From: Arcobacteraceae bacterium
Lineage (GTDB): Bacteria; Campylobacterota; Campylobacteria; Campylobacterales; Arcobacteraceae
DNA length: 64,000 nt
Assembly: GCA_048268245.1 (NCBI GenBank)
Contig: JBLWVX010000001.1
Coordinates: 32,001-96,000 of the forward strand
Reading direction: 5' to 3'
The position numbers were made by a program, and so were the translations under genes. The notes beneath the pieces are model-generated. The model was not told the origin of the DNA, did not search any database, and saw only the letters and a list, made by a program, of their open reading frames with translations. Below, piece after piece: positions 50,336-61,476 of the stretch (within the stretch, counting starts at the first letter, position 1; every line of letters begins with the position of its first letter).

Positions 50336-51879
50336 TTATCTGCCTTAAATAAAGGTATGCTTATTGTAAAAGTAGCTCCATCATCTTCATTTTTAACTTC
50401 TAATTTTCCATCCATATTTTGCTCAACTATAATTTTAGACATATAAAGACCAATACCTGTTCCTTTTCCCTCTTCTTTAGTGGTAAAATATGGATTAAAT
50501 ATTTTTTCAATAATGTCAGTAGAAACACCACCTGCATTATCATGAATAATCACTTTTCCAAACCTATCATCTTTTGATAAAGATATCCTTACTATTCCTT
50601 TACTTATATTATTTTCAACAATTGCATCTTTTGCATTATTTAATACATTAAGTATAGTTTGTGAAAATTCATTATCAAAACCATATACATCAATATCAAC
50701 AAAATCTTCATGTATTATATTAATTTCATGATAACTAAATGCAGACTCAACTAATAAGCTTGATTTTAAAACTAAGTCTTTTAGATTAAATTGTAACTTC
50801 TCTTTTGTTGGCTTAAAGAAGTTTCTAAAATCATCAATAGTTTTTGACATACTTTTTGTTAAAGTATTTACCTTATCAATTGATCTTTGCATAAATTCAT
50901 CATCTAACTCATCTATTTGATAAGAGAATTGTATATTTTGCATTACTAAACCTAAAGCATTTAAAGGCTGTCTCCATTGATGTGCAATATTTCCAATCAT
51001 TTCACCCATAGCAGCAAGTTTTGATTGTTGTATTAGAATTTGTTCTTGTTCTTTTTGTTTAGAAATTTCTTCTTTAACTCTATCTTCTAAGGTATCATTT
51101 AAAGCTCTTAACTCTTTTGTTCTTTCATAAACTCTCAATTCAAGTTCATCATGTGACTTTTTTAATTTATATTGAGATAACTCAAGATTATCAACCATAT
51201 TATTAAAACTTTTTGCTAATCTTCCTATTTCATCAGATGAATTAACTTCTGCTCTTTTTGTCAAATCTCCATTTGAAATTTCTTCAGATACTGCTTCAAG
51301 ATTTACTATAGGTCTACTTACCATCTTTGCAATGAAATAAGAAACAAAAAAGGCTACAATAACCATTGTAATAGCTAAGTAAAAAAACTGTGTGTACATA
51401 GTATCAAGTTTATTATAATACTCATCAAGTGATAATTCTAAATCAATCCAACCCCATTTTATTCCTGATAATATTACAGGATATCTATAAAAGTATGTCG
51501 CTTTTTGAGCATATTTTGAGTAAGTAATTTTTGAGTCACTCTTAAAGTTAAAATCTTTATTTTCTGTTGGTTGCACACTCCATTTAGACTTAGTAATAAT
51601 TAAACTATTTCCATTTTTTCTACTAATAATAAAAGAATGAAGATTATTTGACGTTTGAATGTAATTGTATGAGAATTCCAAAAGTTTAATTTCATCATCA
51701 ATTATCATAAAATCAGTATTTACATATGTAATAGAAGAGGCAATACTTTTAGCTTGAGTGTCAAGACTATCTAAAATAGATTTCTTTTGTAGTTCAATAG
51801 CTTTATAAGAGAATACTGCTAAAACTGCAAAAATAGAAGTAAATATAAGAATAAATACTTTAGTTATAATACTTTTCAT
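50332..51879 (-). CDS. Sensor histidine kinase with HAMP
   Basis: Two TM; DEIGRLA.SFN.M; IAHQWRQPL; DNAGG; GTGIGL. Confidence 0.92.
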   Translation of the reverse strand: MKSIITKVFILIFTSIFAVLAVFSYKAIELQKKSILDSLDTQAKSIASSITYVNTDFMIIDDEIKLLEFSYNYIQTSNNLHSFIISRKNGNSLIITKSKWSVQPTENKDFNFKSDSKITYSKYAQKATYFYRYPVILSGIKWGWIDLELSLDEYYNKLDTMYTQFFYLAITMVIVAFFVSYFIAKMVSRPIVNLEAVSEEISNGDLTKRAEVNSSDEIGRLAKSFNNMVDNLELSQYKLKKSHDELELRVYERTKELRALNDTLEDRVKEEISKQKEQEQILIQQSKLAAMGEMIGNIAHQWRQPLNALGLVMQNIQFSYQIDELDDEFMQRSIDKVNTLTKSMSKTIDDFRNFFKPTKEKLQFNLKDLVLKSSLLVESAFSYHEINIIHEDFVDIDVYGFDNEFSQTILNVLNNAKDAIVENNISKGIVRISLSKDDRFGKVIIHDNAGGVSTDIIEKIFNPYFTTKEEGKGTGIGLYMSKIIVEQNMDGKLEVKNEDDGATFTISIPLFKADK

Positions 51880-52787
51880 TCATATCTCTTTTTTAATTTT
51901 AAGTATTCATTATAATAGTTTTCTAAATCAACTAATGACTCTTCATTTATCTTGATAACCTTTTTAAACTTTAAAAGATCTATAACTTGACTACTTCCTC
52001 TTAAATCTTCTAAGTTAGCACTTAACTCAAAAAAAGCATCTATAGATCTTTTGTCTGTATACTTTGAAAAAAAGCCAATAAAAGGAAGATGTTTTTCTTT
52101 TGTTTCATCAATTATTTTAATTTTATTCTTAATTGATGGATTTAATTCATTCATTGTATCCCAAGTTCTTTTTGAGATAAGTGCTAAATCTCTTTTTTTA
52201 AAAAAAACATTAAGAAGTGCTGTTGACTCTTTCAACACTGGATGTATTTCTTTAAAAACATTTGTATAAGTGGTTTTAAATAGCTTTAAAGCATTTTTAT
52301 CTAGCCATACATTTCCTACTGTATCATTTGTAGCAAGACTAATTGTTTTACCTTTAACATCTCTAAAGCTATTTATATTGCTATTTTTTGAAGTAATTAA
52401 GTAATATTTTACATATCTATCTTCACTCATTGCTATTGACCATAACTCAACAGACTCGTTATCAATCTTTACTTTATTTTCAAAATAGTAAGGTAAATTT
52501 AAAACAATCATATCAACTTTTTGATTTTTAAAATCCTCATACAAAGTATCACTATTATCATAGAATTTTAAAGTTAAATCACCTCCATATGATAAGGCAA
52601 TATCTTCAAGCCATACTTTCACTGCTACTCTAGCATCCTTAAATCTATTTAAAATAGTTCCTGTTTGAAGAAAACCAAAGGTTGAAGAAAATTCATATGT
52701 TTTACTATTTGTTTCAGAGCTATTATTTGCTAACAAATTACTATTTAACAATAAAATGACAATAAAAAAGTTTAAGAGTAGTTTCAT
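51876..52787 (-). CDS. Periplasmic substrate-binding protein (PhnD/phosphonate-binding-like fold)
   Basis: Signal peptide, I.S..DVKGK.I, ALLNVFF.K.DLA; no ABC permease nearby; overlaps kinase start. Confidence 0.65.
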   Translation of the reverse strand: MKLLLNFFIVILLLNSNLLANNSSETNSKTYEFSSTFGFLQTGTILNRFKDARVAVKVWLEDIALSYGGDLTLKFYDNSDTLYEDFKNQKVDMIVLNLPYYFENKVKIDNESVELWSIAMSEDRYVKYYLITSKNSNINSFRDVKGKTISLATNDTVGNVWLDKNALKLFKTTYTNVFKEIHPVLKESTALLNVFFKKRDLALISKRTWDTMNELNPSIKNKIKIIDETKEKHLPFIGFFSKYTDKRSIDAFFELSANLEDLRGSSQVIDLLKFKKVIKINEESLVDLENYYNEYLKLKKRYE

Positions 52788-52840
52788 AAGTTATCCATAA
52801 TGATATATTATTTGTTATATTATAGTATATATTATAGTAT

Positions 52841-52870
52841 ATAAAAAGTAAGCATTCGCTTACTTTTTAT
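52841..52870 (-). terminator. Terminator after ftsH
   Basis: ATAAAAAGTAAGC-attc-GCTTACTTTTTAT. Confidence 0.8.
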
Positions 52871-52893
52871 TAAAAAAAATTTAGTTATTTATT

Positions 52894-54942
52894 TTAATCT
52901 TTATTCTCAGATGAGTTAGTTTCAGTATCTTCTGTAGTTTTGTTTTCATTTGAGTCTTCATCATTTTTTATTTCAGACTCTTCTGACTCTTTATTATCTT
53001 TAATTGGTGCAGAATGTAAGTCTTCTTCTTCAAAAACTTCTCCACCATTTTCTTTGATAATTTCTCTTACTCTTTCTCCTGAAATAACTTCAATTTCAAG
53101 TAATTCAGCAGTCATTTGTTCAATTGCTTCTTTATGATCTCTTAATGATTCAAGAACCGCTTTATATCTTTCATTTAATAAAGTTTTTACATGTTCATCA
53201 AGGCTTTTTGCCATATCATCAGAGAAATCTTTTTGAGTCTGACCACCTAAGAATTGGTTTTGTCTTTTTTCTAAAACCATAAGTCCTGCAACATCACTCA
53301 TACCATAAACAGATGCCATTGATTTAATAATATCAGTAGCTCTCTCTAAGTCATTTCCTGCACCAGTAGAAATCTCACCAATAAATACTTCCTCAGCAGC
53401 TCGTCCACCTAATAGTGTATCTACTTCTGCAATTAACTCATGTTTTTGCATTAAGTATTTATTCTCTTCAGGAGTATTTAACGTATATCCTAATGCTGCT
53501 AAACCTCTTGGTACAATAGATACTTTGTTTACCTTTTTAGCACCTTTTGTAATCTCAGCAATTAAGGCATGACCTGATTCATGGTAAGCTACAATTTCTC
53601 TTTCTTTTGGAGAAATTCTTCTTGATTTTTTCTCTAAACCAGCAATTTGTCTTTCAACTGCTTCTTTAAAGTCACTTGGATCTACTTGCTCTTTTTTAGC
53701 TCTACCTGCAAGAAGTGCAGCTTCATTAATAATATTTGCTAAGTCTGCACCTGCAAGTCCTGCTGTCATTTTTGCAACTTCTTTTAAATCAACGTTCTCA
53801 CCTAATTTAACATCTTTAATATGTACTTTAAGAATTTCAATTCTTCCTTCATAATCAGGTTTATCAACAAGTACTTGTCTATCAAATCTTCCTGGTCTTA
53901 ATAATGCTGGGTCTAAAACTTCAGGTCTATTTGTAGCAGCTAAAACAATAACAGGGGCAGCCTCTGTTGAGAAACCATCCATTTCAGCAAGTAATTGATT
54001 TAATGTTTGCTCTCTCTCATCATTTCCACCCATAGGTCCACCAGAAGCTCTACTTTTACCAATTGCGTCAATTTCATCAATAAAGATAATTGCAGGTGCA
54101 GCTTTTTTAGCTTGCTCAAATAAGTCTCTAACTCTTGAAGCACCAACACCAACAAACATTTCAATAAATGCAGAACCAGAAACAGATAAAAATTCAACAT
54201 CTGCTTCACCAGCAACTGCTTTAGCTAGTAATGTTTTACCAGTACCTGGAGGTCCAACTAATAAAACACCTTTAGGAATTTGAGCTCCAAGTTTTACATA
54301 TCTTTCAGGGTCTGATAAGAAATCAACTACTTCTTGTACTTCTTCTTTAGCTTCTTTATTACCAGCCATATCTTCAAATTTTACATTAGGTTTTTCAGAG
54401 TTAATCATTTTTTTAGATGAACCAATTCCAAGAAGGCCACCGCCTCCTCCTCCACCCATTGATTTTTGCATTCTTTTTGCAATAAACATCCAAATAGCAA
54501 AGAAAATAAAAATAGGTAATACCCATCCAAATAGAATATCAGCTAAAACATTTTCTTCATTTACTCCACCATAAGCAATTCCATTTTTTTCTAAAGTGGG
54601 GATTAATGTATCATCAGGAATTACTCTTCTTGCAGTGTAAGTAATAATTTGATTACCATTTTTTGATACTGCTTTTATTTGAGTATTTCCAATTCCAACA
54701 TACTCGATTTTTCCAGTTGTTATTAACTGTTTTAAATCAGAGTAAGGAACAGTTTTATTTTGAGACTGTCCAAATGCTGCAACTTGTGAATTGGAAGAAC
54801 CACCCATTTGATCTTCAGGGAATATTGCCTTAAAAGCGAAAATTGTAACTATTGAAAAAATTACAAATACTAATAATGGATTATTATTAAAAAAATTGTT
54901 ATTATCTCCACCATTATTGTTATTTTGAGGTTTATTGTTCAT
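52894..54942 (-). CDS. ftsH: ATP-dependent zinc metalloprotease FtsH
   Basis: Two TM, GPPGTGKT, DEIDA, RPGRFDR, HESGH. Confidence 0.97.
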   Translation of the reverse strand: MNNKPQNNNNGGDNNNFFNNNPLLVFVIFSIVTIFAFKAIFPEDQMGGSSNSQVAAFGQSQNKTVPYSDLKQLITTGKIEYVGIGNTQIKAVSKNGNQIITYTARRVIPDDTLIPTLEKNGIAYGGVNEENVLADILFGWVLPIFIFFAIWMFIAKRMQKSMGGGGGGGLLGIGSSKKMINSEKPNVKFEDMAGNKEAKEEVQEVVDFLSDPERYVKLGAQIPKGVLLVGPPGTGKTLLAKAVAGEADVEFLSVSGSAFIEMFVGVGASRVRDLFEQAKKAAPAIIFIDEIDAIGKSRASGGPMGGNDEREQTLNQLLAEMDGFSTEAAPVIVLAATNRPEVLDPALLRPGRFDRQVLVDKPDYEGRIEILKVHIKDVKLGENVDLKEVAKMTAGLAGADLANIINEAALLAGRAKKEQVDPSDFKEAVERQIAGLEKKSRRISPKEREIVAYHESGHALIAEITKGAKKVNKVSIVPRGLAALGYTLNTPEENKYLMQKHELIAEVDTLLGGRAAEEVFIGEISTGAGNDLERATDIIKSMASVYGMSDVAGLMVLEKRQNQFLGGQTQKDFSDDMAKSLDEHVKTLLNERYKAVLESLRDHKEAIEQMTAELLEIEVISGERVREIIKENGGEVFEEEDLHSAPIKDNKESEESEIKNDEDSNENKTTEDTETNSSENKD

Positions 54943-54945
54943 AAA

Positions 54946-55761
54946 CTATGACTCCTTATTTTTGTATACTATTGTAACCCATTCATTTTTATGGATTAAT
55001 TCAATTTGTTCTAAATCTTTAAATCTATTCTGAACTCTAGCAAGGTGCTTATCTAAAATACCTGAAATAATTAAAATACCTTTTTCATTTAAACATTTTT
55101 TCAAGTCACCTGCAATCATACTTAAAACATCTGCTACAATATTTGCAATCACTACATCATATTTTGACTGTGCATTGTTAGCAGAACCAATCCATGAAGA
55201 GTTAAAACTAACATTGTTTAATTCAAAATTTGATGTTGTATCTTTAATACATACTTCATCTGTATCACAAATATCTACTATACAATCTTTCTTAGCAGCA
55301 GCAACAGCTAAAATTCCACTTCCTGTTCCAACATCTAATATAGTTTGTTTACTTTGTACATACTTATCAATAGCTTCAATACAAGAAGATGTTGTTTCGT
55401 GATGACCTGAACCAAATGATAAAGCAGGATCAATTATAATATCTATTTTGTCATCTCTTTTTTCTTCCCAAGAAGGTCTTACAAAATAGTTACCAATCTC
55501 TACTGATTTTACAGATTCTTGATACTGTTTAATCCAATCAATATTTTCTTTTTCTAAACATGTAGTTTCACACTTGATTTCTAAAGCTTGAGCAAACTTT
55601 AAAATACCATTTTCTACATCACTTAAGTCTTCTTCACTTCTTGCTATTAAAGTGCCATCAAGCTCTTCAATAGCTTCATTAGTTAAAGAACTAAGTAAGT
55701 CTAAAAAAAGTTCATAATTTTTTTCTGGTTTTATTGTTAATTCATAATAATTATCAGACAA
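54946..55761 (-). CDS. prmA: Ribosomal protein L11 methyltransferase
   Basis: DPALSFGSGHHETT, LDVGTGSGIL, ANIVA, SGIL; TTG start. Confidence 0.95.
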   Translation of the reverse strand: MSDNYYELTIKPEKNYELFLDLLSSLTNEAIEELDGTLIARSEEDLSDVENGILKFAQALEIKCETTCLEKENIDWIKQYQESVKSVEIGNYFVRPSWEEKRDDKIDIIIDPALSFGSGHHETTSSCIEAIDKYVQSKQTILDVGTGSGILAVAAAKKDCIVDICDTDEVCIKDTTSNFELNNVSFNSSWIGSANNAQSKYDVVIANIVADVLSMIAGDLKKCLNEKGILIISGILDKHLARVQNRFKDLEQIELIHKNEWVTIVYKNKES

Positions 55762-55851
55762 ATATATCCTTTATACTTTATACGATTTAGATTATCTTGC
55801 GTATAAATAGGATATTTTATCTAAATAATTTTTTGAATATAATTAAGAGTA

Positions 55852-56781
55852 CTAAAAGAAGTTCTCTATCATATCTCTCATTACATTTTTATCTGAAACT
55901 CGATTAATGATATCTCTGAATTCATGGGCACCTTTATAGCCTTTTGAATAAGAGTGTAAAAGTTTTCTAAACATTAAAGCTCCATGTTCTCCATGGAATT
56001 CTAACACTGAATCAAAGTGTTCAAGTATAATTTCTTTTTTCTTTTCTTCTGATATATCTTCAATACCATGTTTTAATTGATAGAAAATCCAAGGTTTTCC
56101 AATAGCACCTCTTCCTATCATTACTCCATTGGCTTTAGTATATTCTAAAACCTCTTTTGCTTTATCATAGTCTTTTATATCACCATTTGCAATAACTGGA
56201 ATAGAAACAGCTTCTACCATAGCTTTAATTGCATCATAATCAACAGGTGCTTTATATTTACCTGCTCTTGTTCTTCCATGAACAGCTAAATAATCAACTC
56301 CACAAGCTTCAACTGCTTTTGCAATTTCAACTGGTATTTTTTCATTTACACCAATTCTTACTTTTGCAGTTGTGTACTGTTTTTTTGAGTATTTCTTAAC
56401 TGTACCAAGTATCTCTTCTAGTTTTTTTAAATCTCCTAAAAGATTTGAACCTGAACCATGATTAAATACTTTTGGAGCGGGACATCCACAGTTTAAATCA
56501 ATACCATCAATACCTTCAATATCATTAAGTATTTCAACTGCATCTCTTACTAGTTCAGGTTTATTACCTGCTATTTGAACAATATAAGGATCTTCACTTG
56601 GTGATTTTTCAATCATTCTTAGTGTTTTTTCAGATTTGTAAACTAATGCATTTGAAGAAATCATTTCAGAAATTGTAATATCAGCACCAAATTTCTTAAC
56701 TACTGATCTAAAAGGTAAATCTGTATACCCTGCTAGTGGTGCCAATACCACTAGAGGTTTGCTAAAATCAATTTTTTTCAT
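55852..56781 (-). CDS. dusB: tRNA-dihydrouridine synthase
   Basis: LAPLAG.TD.PFR, DLNCGCP, HGRTR, NGDI, MIGRG. Confidence 0.9.
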   Translation of the reverse strand: MKKIDFSKPLVVLAPLAGYTDLPFRSVVKKFGADITISEMISSNALVYKSEKTLRMIEKSPSEDPYIVQIAGNKPELVRDAVEILNDIEGIDGIDLNCGCPAPKVFNHGSGSNLLGDLKKLEEILGTVKKYSKKQYTTAKVRIGVNEKIPVEIAKAVEACGVDYLAVHGRTRAGKYKAPVDYDAIKAMVEAVSIPVIANGDIKDYDKAKEVLEYTKANGVMIGRGAIGKPWIFYQLKHGIEDISEEKKKEIILEHFDSVLEFHGEHGALMFRKLLHSYSKGYKGAHEFRDIINRVSDKNVMRDMIENFF

Positions 56782-57794
56782 TATTTGTAAGATATAGACT
56801 CTAAATCGTAGTGCTTACCAGCGTCTTTTAACTCTAATAAGGCTTTAAATGCAGTATATTCATCATCATCAGTTGGTGCTATTACATCTCTAATTTTATC
56901 AATCATTTCATATTCAAATAAAACATGTAAATAAGCAGGTGTTGCTTCATCTAATTCTGATGAAAGTTTTTCAAATAATGCAATAATTTGATCTGGTTGT
57001 AAAATAGATTCATAGTTTTTAGCTAAAGACATATAATCTTCTTTAGTATAATCTAAATCTTTTACAATTTTTAGTATCTCTTCACTAGTAAATCCAAACT
57101 CATTATTAGCTGCATCTTTTTCAAAAAGTCTTTTTGCTAAATGCTTATCTAACTTAATATTTTTGTAGATTTTCTTAACAGTTGTCATACTTTTATCTTC
57201 AAGTACTTTTTCAAATGCTGCTTTAACTACATTATCAGAATAGTTTTCACTTTTCTTAATAACATCTACTGCAAAATCAGGTTGTTCATTTACTTTATTT
57301 ATTAAGTTTCTATTTGTAATAGATGAAACTTCACTAAATTTAAGATTTTTGTTAACAACATGCTTACCTGCATTAATATCTCGAATTGCTGCTACTACAT
57401 TATTTAACTCTTCATCACTAGATGAAAACGTTTTATCTTTTACACTTAATTGGAATTGATTAAGAATATTAGATAAGTTTTTGAAACCTTTTGTTTTAAA
57501 TCTTTTATTAAAATTAGTTTCTAATAAATTGGACTTAATCATATTTATCATTGTTTCATGATCTTTATCTATAGCTCTTTGTTTGAACACATTTAATAAA
57601 CCATAAAATACGATATGTCCAATAGTTGCAATAAATAATAGCACTAATGGCACTATTATCCAAACAGCAACTGGTAAAGTAAGAGAAATATCAAGCAGTG
57701 TTACTTTATAATTTCCTAACTCTAAACTAAATACATAACCGTATATTGCTATGATAAATATTACAGAAAAAACAACATATTTCTTAAAACCCAT
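56781..57794 (-). CDS. Conserved membrane-anchored hypothetical protein
   Basis: Two N-terminal TM helices plus helical soluble domain; between dksA and dus as in Campylobacter. Confidence 0.75.
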   Translation of the reverse strand: MGFKKYVVFSVIFIIAIYGYVFSLELGNYKVTLLDISLTLPVAVWIIVPLVLLFIATIGHIVFYGLLNVFKQRAIDKDHETMINMIKSNLLETNFNKRFKTKGFKNLSNILNQFQLSVKDKTFSSSDEELNNVVAAIRDINAGKHVVNKNLKFSEVSSITNRNLINKVNEQPDFAVDVIKKSENYSDNVVKAAFEKVLEDKSMTTVKKIYKNIKLDKHLAKRLFEKDAANNEFGFTSEEILKIVKDLDYTKEDYMSLAKNYESILQPDQIIALFEKLSSELDEATPAYLHVLFEYEMIDKIRDVIAPTDDDEYTAFKALLELKDAGKHYDLESISYK

Positions 57795-57809
57795 CTTTAA
57801 TCCTTTTTA

Positions 57810-58163
57810 CTATTTTTCTACTTCGTAAATCTCTCTACAAGGTGTACAAAACTTTGCGAATGGTTTTGCCCTTAATCTTCCAATGGCAATTGATTCATCA
57901 CACATTTCACAAATACCATAAGTTCCTTTTTGAATTCTCTTTAGTGCATCTTCAATTTCTTCAAGCTCTTTAATTTGCTGGTTTGCAATAATACCTTCTT
58001 TAAAACTATCACTAGAAACCTCTGCATAATCAAAATCATCATTACACTCAGAATTTTTTAAAGAGTTGATACTTTCTCTACTATCGTTAATACTATTTGT
58101 AATTAACTCTTTTCTTTCAAGTAAAGTTTGTTTTAATTCTTCAATCTGTTTTGTGTTTGCCAC
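57810..58163 (-). CDS. dksA: RNA polymerase-binding protein DksA
   Basis: Coiled coil with D..D.A, YGICEMC..I..RL.A.P....CTPC zinc finger; GTG start. Confidence 0.92.
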   Translation of the reverse strand: MANTKQIEELKQTLLERKELITNSINDSRESINSLKNSECNDDFDYAEVSSDSFKEGIIANQQIKELEEIEDALKRIQKGTYGICEMCDESIAIGRLRAKPFAKFCTPCREIYEVEK

Positions 58164-58221
58164 TTCATATACCCTTATTTTTAAATTTTGAAATTATACA
58201 AAAATTCATATAACATATAAA

Positions 58222-58680
58222 TTATTTGTGGTATGGATGATTATGATTTATACTCAATGCCCTAAAAATTTGTTCCCCTAAAACAACATTTGCTACTTTA
58301 TGTGCCATTGTCAAATCACTTAAGGATATTATACTATCACATTTCTTTAGAAACTCTCTTTGAAAACCATAAGCTCCACCAATGAAGAAATTTATTTCAT
58401 TTTTACCCTCTAAAAGGTTTGCAAATTTGAAAGAATCAACTTTTTTTCCCAAAACATCTAAAGCAATATTGTAACCTTTTAATAATGGTTCATAAACATC
58501 ACTATAAGCTTGTTGAGCTTCTTTTTCTCCAATATTTTGAGATTTAGCAATAGTTTTATTAAAAATATAATGTAATTCTACTTTTGCATACTTTGAAGAC
58601 ATTTTATTAAACTCACTTACTAACTTATCAAATTCATCTTTTGAAGGTTTAGCAATAGTATATATATTTATTTTTTGCAA
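58222..58680 (-). CDS. rlmH: 23S rRNA pseudouridine-1915 N3-methyltransferase
   Basis: FFIGGAYG, SLS.LT.AH, EQIFRA, HPYHK. Confidence 0.95.
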   Translation of the reverse strand: MQKINIYTIAKPSKDEFDKLVSEFNKMSSKYAKVELHYIFNKTIAKSQNIGEKEAQQAYSDVYEPLLKGYNIALDVLGKKVDSFKFANLLEGKNEINFFIGGAYGFQREFLKKCDSIISLSDLTMAHKVANVVLGEQIFRALSINHNHPYHK

Positions 58681-58689
58681 ATCATACCT

Positions 58690-59298
58690 TTATATTGAAT
58701 AAATAGCAGAACCAACTACATTAAATCTTATATTTTCTATTTTATCTTCTATTTTAACACCACCAATAGCACAAACTGGGTGTTTTGAGATTTTTGCTAA
58801 ATAGGAAATTTTATCTCCTAAAAGAGTTGATACATCTTTTGTACTAGTGTTTCTATATGCACCTAAACCAATCATATCAAGGTCTAAGTCATTTGCTTCA
58901 AGTATTTCTATTTCATTATGTGTAGATAAACCTAAAAGCTTTTTTCCTATTTTTTTTCTAATTAATTTCGTTGCAATTTTTTTGTTATTGTGGATTTTTT
59001 CAAAATCCTCTTGACCTAAATGTAAACCATCTGCAAACTCTATTAAATCAATTTTATCATTAATGATAATAGGAATATTAAGATTTTGTTTTAAATACAA
59101 AAGATTTTGTTTTTGTATAAAGTTAGAAGATATTTTATCTCTGTATTGAACTACTTTAACATCTAGTTTTTTGCAAATTTGTACAAAATTTTCAAGATTT
59201 AAAGATTTTTTTTGAAGTGTTTCGAAATCACACAAAATATAGAGAAGGTTCGAGGCTTTAAGTTCAAAACCTAAAGCCTCTTCAAAGTTACTCATCAT
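58690..59298 (-). CDS. thiE: Thiamine-phosphate synthase family protein
   Basis: QYRDK, IIND, GLHLGQED, GLSTH, T.TK, AIGG. Confidence 0.8.
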   Translation of the reverse strand: MMSNFEEALGFELKASNLLYILCDFETLQKKSLNLENFVQICKKLDVKVVQYRDKISSNFIQKQNLLYLKQNLNIPIIINDKIDLIEFADGLHLGQEDFEKIHNNKKIATKLIRKKIGKKLLGLSTHNEIEILEANDLDLDMIGLGAYRNTSTKDVSTLLGDKISYLAKISKHPVCAIGGVKIEDKIENIRFNVVGSAIYSI

Positions 59299-60167
59299 TA
59301 GTTAGCAATTTTCTCTTTTTTAAACATACTTAATAAATCAGTTAGCGTTTTTTTCATTTCACTTCTATTTACAACCATATCTATTGAACCTTTTTCTAAT
59401 AAAAATTCAGCTCTTTGGAAGCCTTCTGGTAAATCAGCTCCAATTGTTTGCTTAATTACTCTTTGTCCTGCAAAACCAATTAATGCTCCTGGCTCTGCCA
59501 TAATAATATCACCTAAAAAGGCAAAAGATGCAGAAACACCACCCATTGTAGGGTCTGTTAAGATTGATATATAAGGAAGCTTAGCATGATCTAATCTTTT
59601 TAATGCTGCTGATGTTTTAGCCATTTGCATTAAAGCAAAAGTTGATTCTTGCATTCTAGCACCACCTGATGCTGAAACAATAATTAAACCTTGATGTTTT
59701 TCAATTGCTCTATCAACTGCTCTTACAATTTTTTCACCTTCAACTGAACCTAATGAACCACCCATAAATGAGAAGTCAAATACAACCACTTGTACTGGAA
59801 TCTCATTTATAGTAGCTTCACCGCTTACAACAGAAGAAGTTCTTCCAGTTTTCTTTTCAGCTTGTTCTACTCTTTTTTTATAAGAAGTTTTATCTACAAA
59901 TTTTAAAGGATCATTTGGTTTTAAATCTGCATCATACTCAACAAAACTATCTTTATCAGTTAGTATTTCAATTCTTCTTTTTGCTCCAACTCTCATATGA
60001 AAGTTACATTTTGGACAAATATTATCTTGATTTTCTACCTCTTTAAAAAACATTAAAGAATTACACTCTGGACACTTAACCCAGTGACTTGGTGCATCTT
60101 TTTTAGTAGGTTGTTCCTTTGAACTACTATCAAAAGAAATTTTGCTAAATAAATTCTTTAAATCCAT
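59298..60167 (-). CDS. accD: Acetyl-CoA carboxylase carboxyltransferase beta subunit
   Basis: W.KCPEC..CPKC zinc finger, [30 protein letters not shown]. Confidence 0.97.
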   Translation of the reverse strand: MDLKNLFSKISFDSSSKEQPTKKDAPSHWVKCPECNSLMFFKEVENQDNICPKCNFHMRVGAKRRIEILTDKDSFVEYDADLKPNDPLKFVDKTSYKKRVEQAEKKTGRTSSVVSGEATINEIPVQVVVFDFSFMGGSLGSVEGEKIVRAVDRAIEKHQGLIIVSASGGARMQESTFALMQMAKTSAALKRLDHAKLPYISILTDPTMGGVSASFAFLGDIIMAEPGALIGFAGQRVIKQTIGADLPEGFQRAEFLLEKGSIDMVVNRSEMKKTLTDLLSMFKKEKIAN

Positions 60168-60187
60168 ATTAACCCTTTGTTTGTAAA

Positions 60188-61396
60188 TTATAAGTTTTTA
60201 AATTTGTCTAATTCGTCTAGTTTTTCCCAAGGATAATCACTTTGACCAACTTGACCTCTTGATGCTACATCTGCATAAAGGAAAGTTTGTGCACTTGGTT
60301 TATCTAGATTAAATTTTTCAGTTATCCATCTTGGTGTTAAAGCGAAATTCTCCATTACGAAAGAAGATAACTTATCATCATCATATTTTGTATATGTTCC
60401 ATATGTATCAACAGACACAGAAGTTGGTTTAGCAACTCCAATTGCATATGAAATTTGAACTAAAGCTTTAGTAGCTAATCCTGCTGCTACGATATGTTTT
60501 GATAACCATCTAGCTGCATATAATCCACTTCTATCAACTTTAGTATAATCTTTAGAACTTTGAGCCCCTCCACCAATTGGTGCATATCCACCAAATGAAT
60601 CAACAATAAGTTTTCTTCCTGTTAATCCACTATCATGTAATGATGAATGACTTACATATCTACCTGTTGGGTTGATATGAATAATTGTTTTTTCTTTGTC
60701 ATACATAGATGTTGGAAGTCCTGTATCATCAATTAAACCTTGAATCAACTCTCTTACTTCTTCTATTGGCATATCTTCAACTGAAGGTGCACTTACAACT
60801 ATAGTATGAATTTTTTGAGGTTTACAATTCTCAAAATTCTCTTTTGTTCCATAATCAACAGTAACTTGAGTTTTAATATCAACTCCAAGCTTGTGATTAT
60901 GTTTTAAAGCATAATTATACACTTTATCACATAACATTCTTGCATATGTGATAGCTGCTGGCATATAATCAGCTGTTTCAGTAGATGCAAAACCAAACAT
61001 AATTCCTTGGTCACCTGCACCGATTTCACCTGTTTCTTGATCAACTCCTTGACCAATATCTGCTGATTGTTGGTTTAATAAAACCTGAACTTTAACATCA
61101 TCAGGGTGTAAACACTGTTCATTTGTAAATGATGATTTTCCATCATAACCAATTTTAGCTAGTGCTTCTAGTACAATCTTTTCATAATCTTCATTAGTTA
61201 ATTGACAATTAGATTTTACCTCTCCACCAATAACGATATTTTTCCCTGCTACAAATACTTCCGATGCAACTCTACTGTTTGAATCTTCAATAATTAATTT
61301 ATCAACGATTGAATCGGCAATAATATCTGCACATTTATCTGGGTGTCCAGGGCTTACAACTTCACTTGTAAATAAATACTGTGTCTTGTTTTCCAT
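60188..61396 (-). CDS. metK: S-adenosylmethionine synthetase
   Basis: [34 protein letters not shown]. Confidence 0.97.
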   Translation of the reverse strand: MENKTQYLFTSEVVSPGHPDKCADIIADSIVDKLIIEDSNSRVASEVFVAGKNIVIGGEVKSNCQLTNEDYEKIVLEALAKIGYDGKSSFTNEQCLHPDDVKVQVLLNQQSADIGQGVDQETGEIGAGDQGIMFGFASTETADYMPAAITYARMLCDKVYNYALKHNHKLGVDIKTQVTVDYGTKENFENCKPQKIHTIVVSAPSVEDMPIEEVRELIQGLIDDTGLPTSMYDKEKTIIHINPTGRYVSHSSLHDSGLTGRKLIVDSFGGYAPIGGGAQSSKDYTKVDRSGLYAARWLSKHIVAAGLATKALVQISYAIGVAKPTSVSVDTYGTYTKYDDDKLSSFVMENFALTPRWITEKFNLDKPSAQTFLYADVASRGQVGQSDYPWEKLDELDKFKNL

Positions 61397-61476
61397 TTTT
61401 GTTTTCCATCCTTTTGTTTTCCAAAGACCAAAGTCTCATTGTTTTCCATTCTTTTGTTTTCCATTTTTGTTTTCCA
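61386..61476 (-). repeat. Six copies of TGGAAAACAA spanning the metK leader and start codon
   Basis: Plus-strand TTGTTTTCCA at 61386, 61399, 61414, 61439, 61454, 61467. Confidence 0.9.

Noticed and set aside
52816..52839. Perfect 12-bp tandem repeat TATATTATAGTA x2 (each gives TATAAT on the minus strand)
   Set aside because: Low-complexity AT sequence; at most a duplicated -10 box
723..55402. Many 60-156 aa ORFs antisense to or nested in long genes (e.g. 723..992, 5978..6220, 33987..34457, 35038..35403, 54000..54215)
   Set aside because: Shadow frames of well-supported genes; no recognisable motifs
61386..61476. metK repeats as a CRISPR array, or the central AGAC-N4-GTCT as a MetJ box
   Set aside because: 10-bp units with 3-15 bp gaps are too short for CRISPR and no cas genes are present; the Met box is contiguous AGACGTCT and MetJ is gammaproteobacterial
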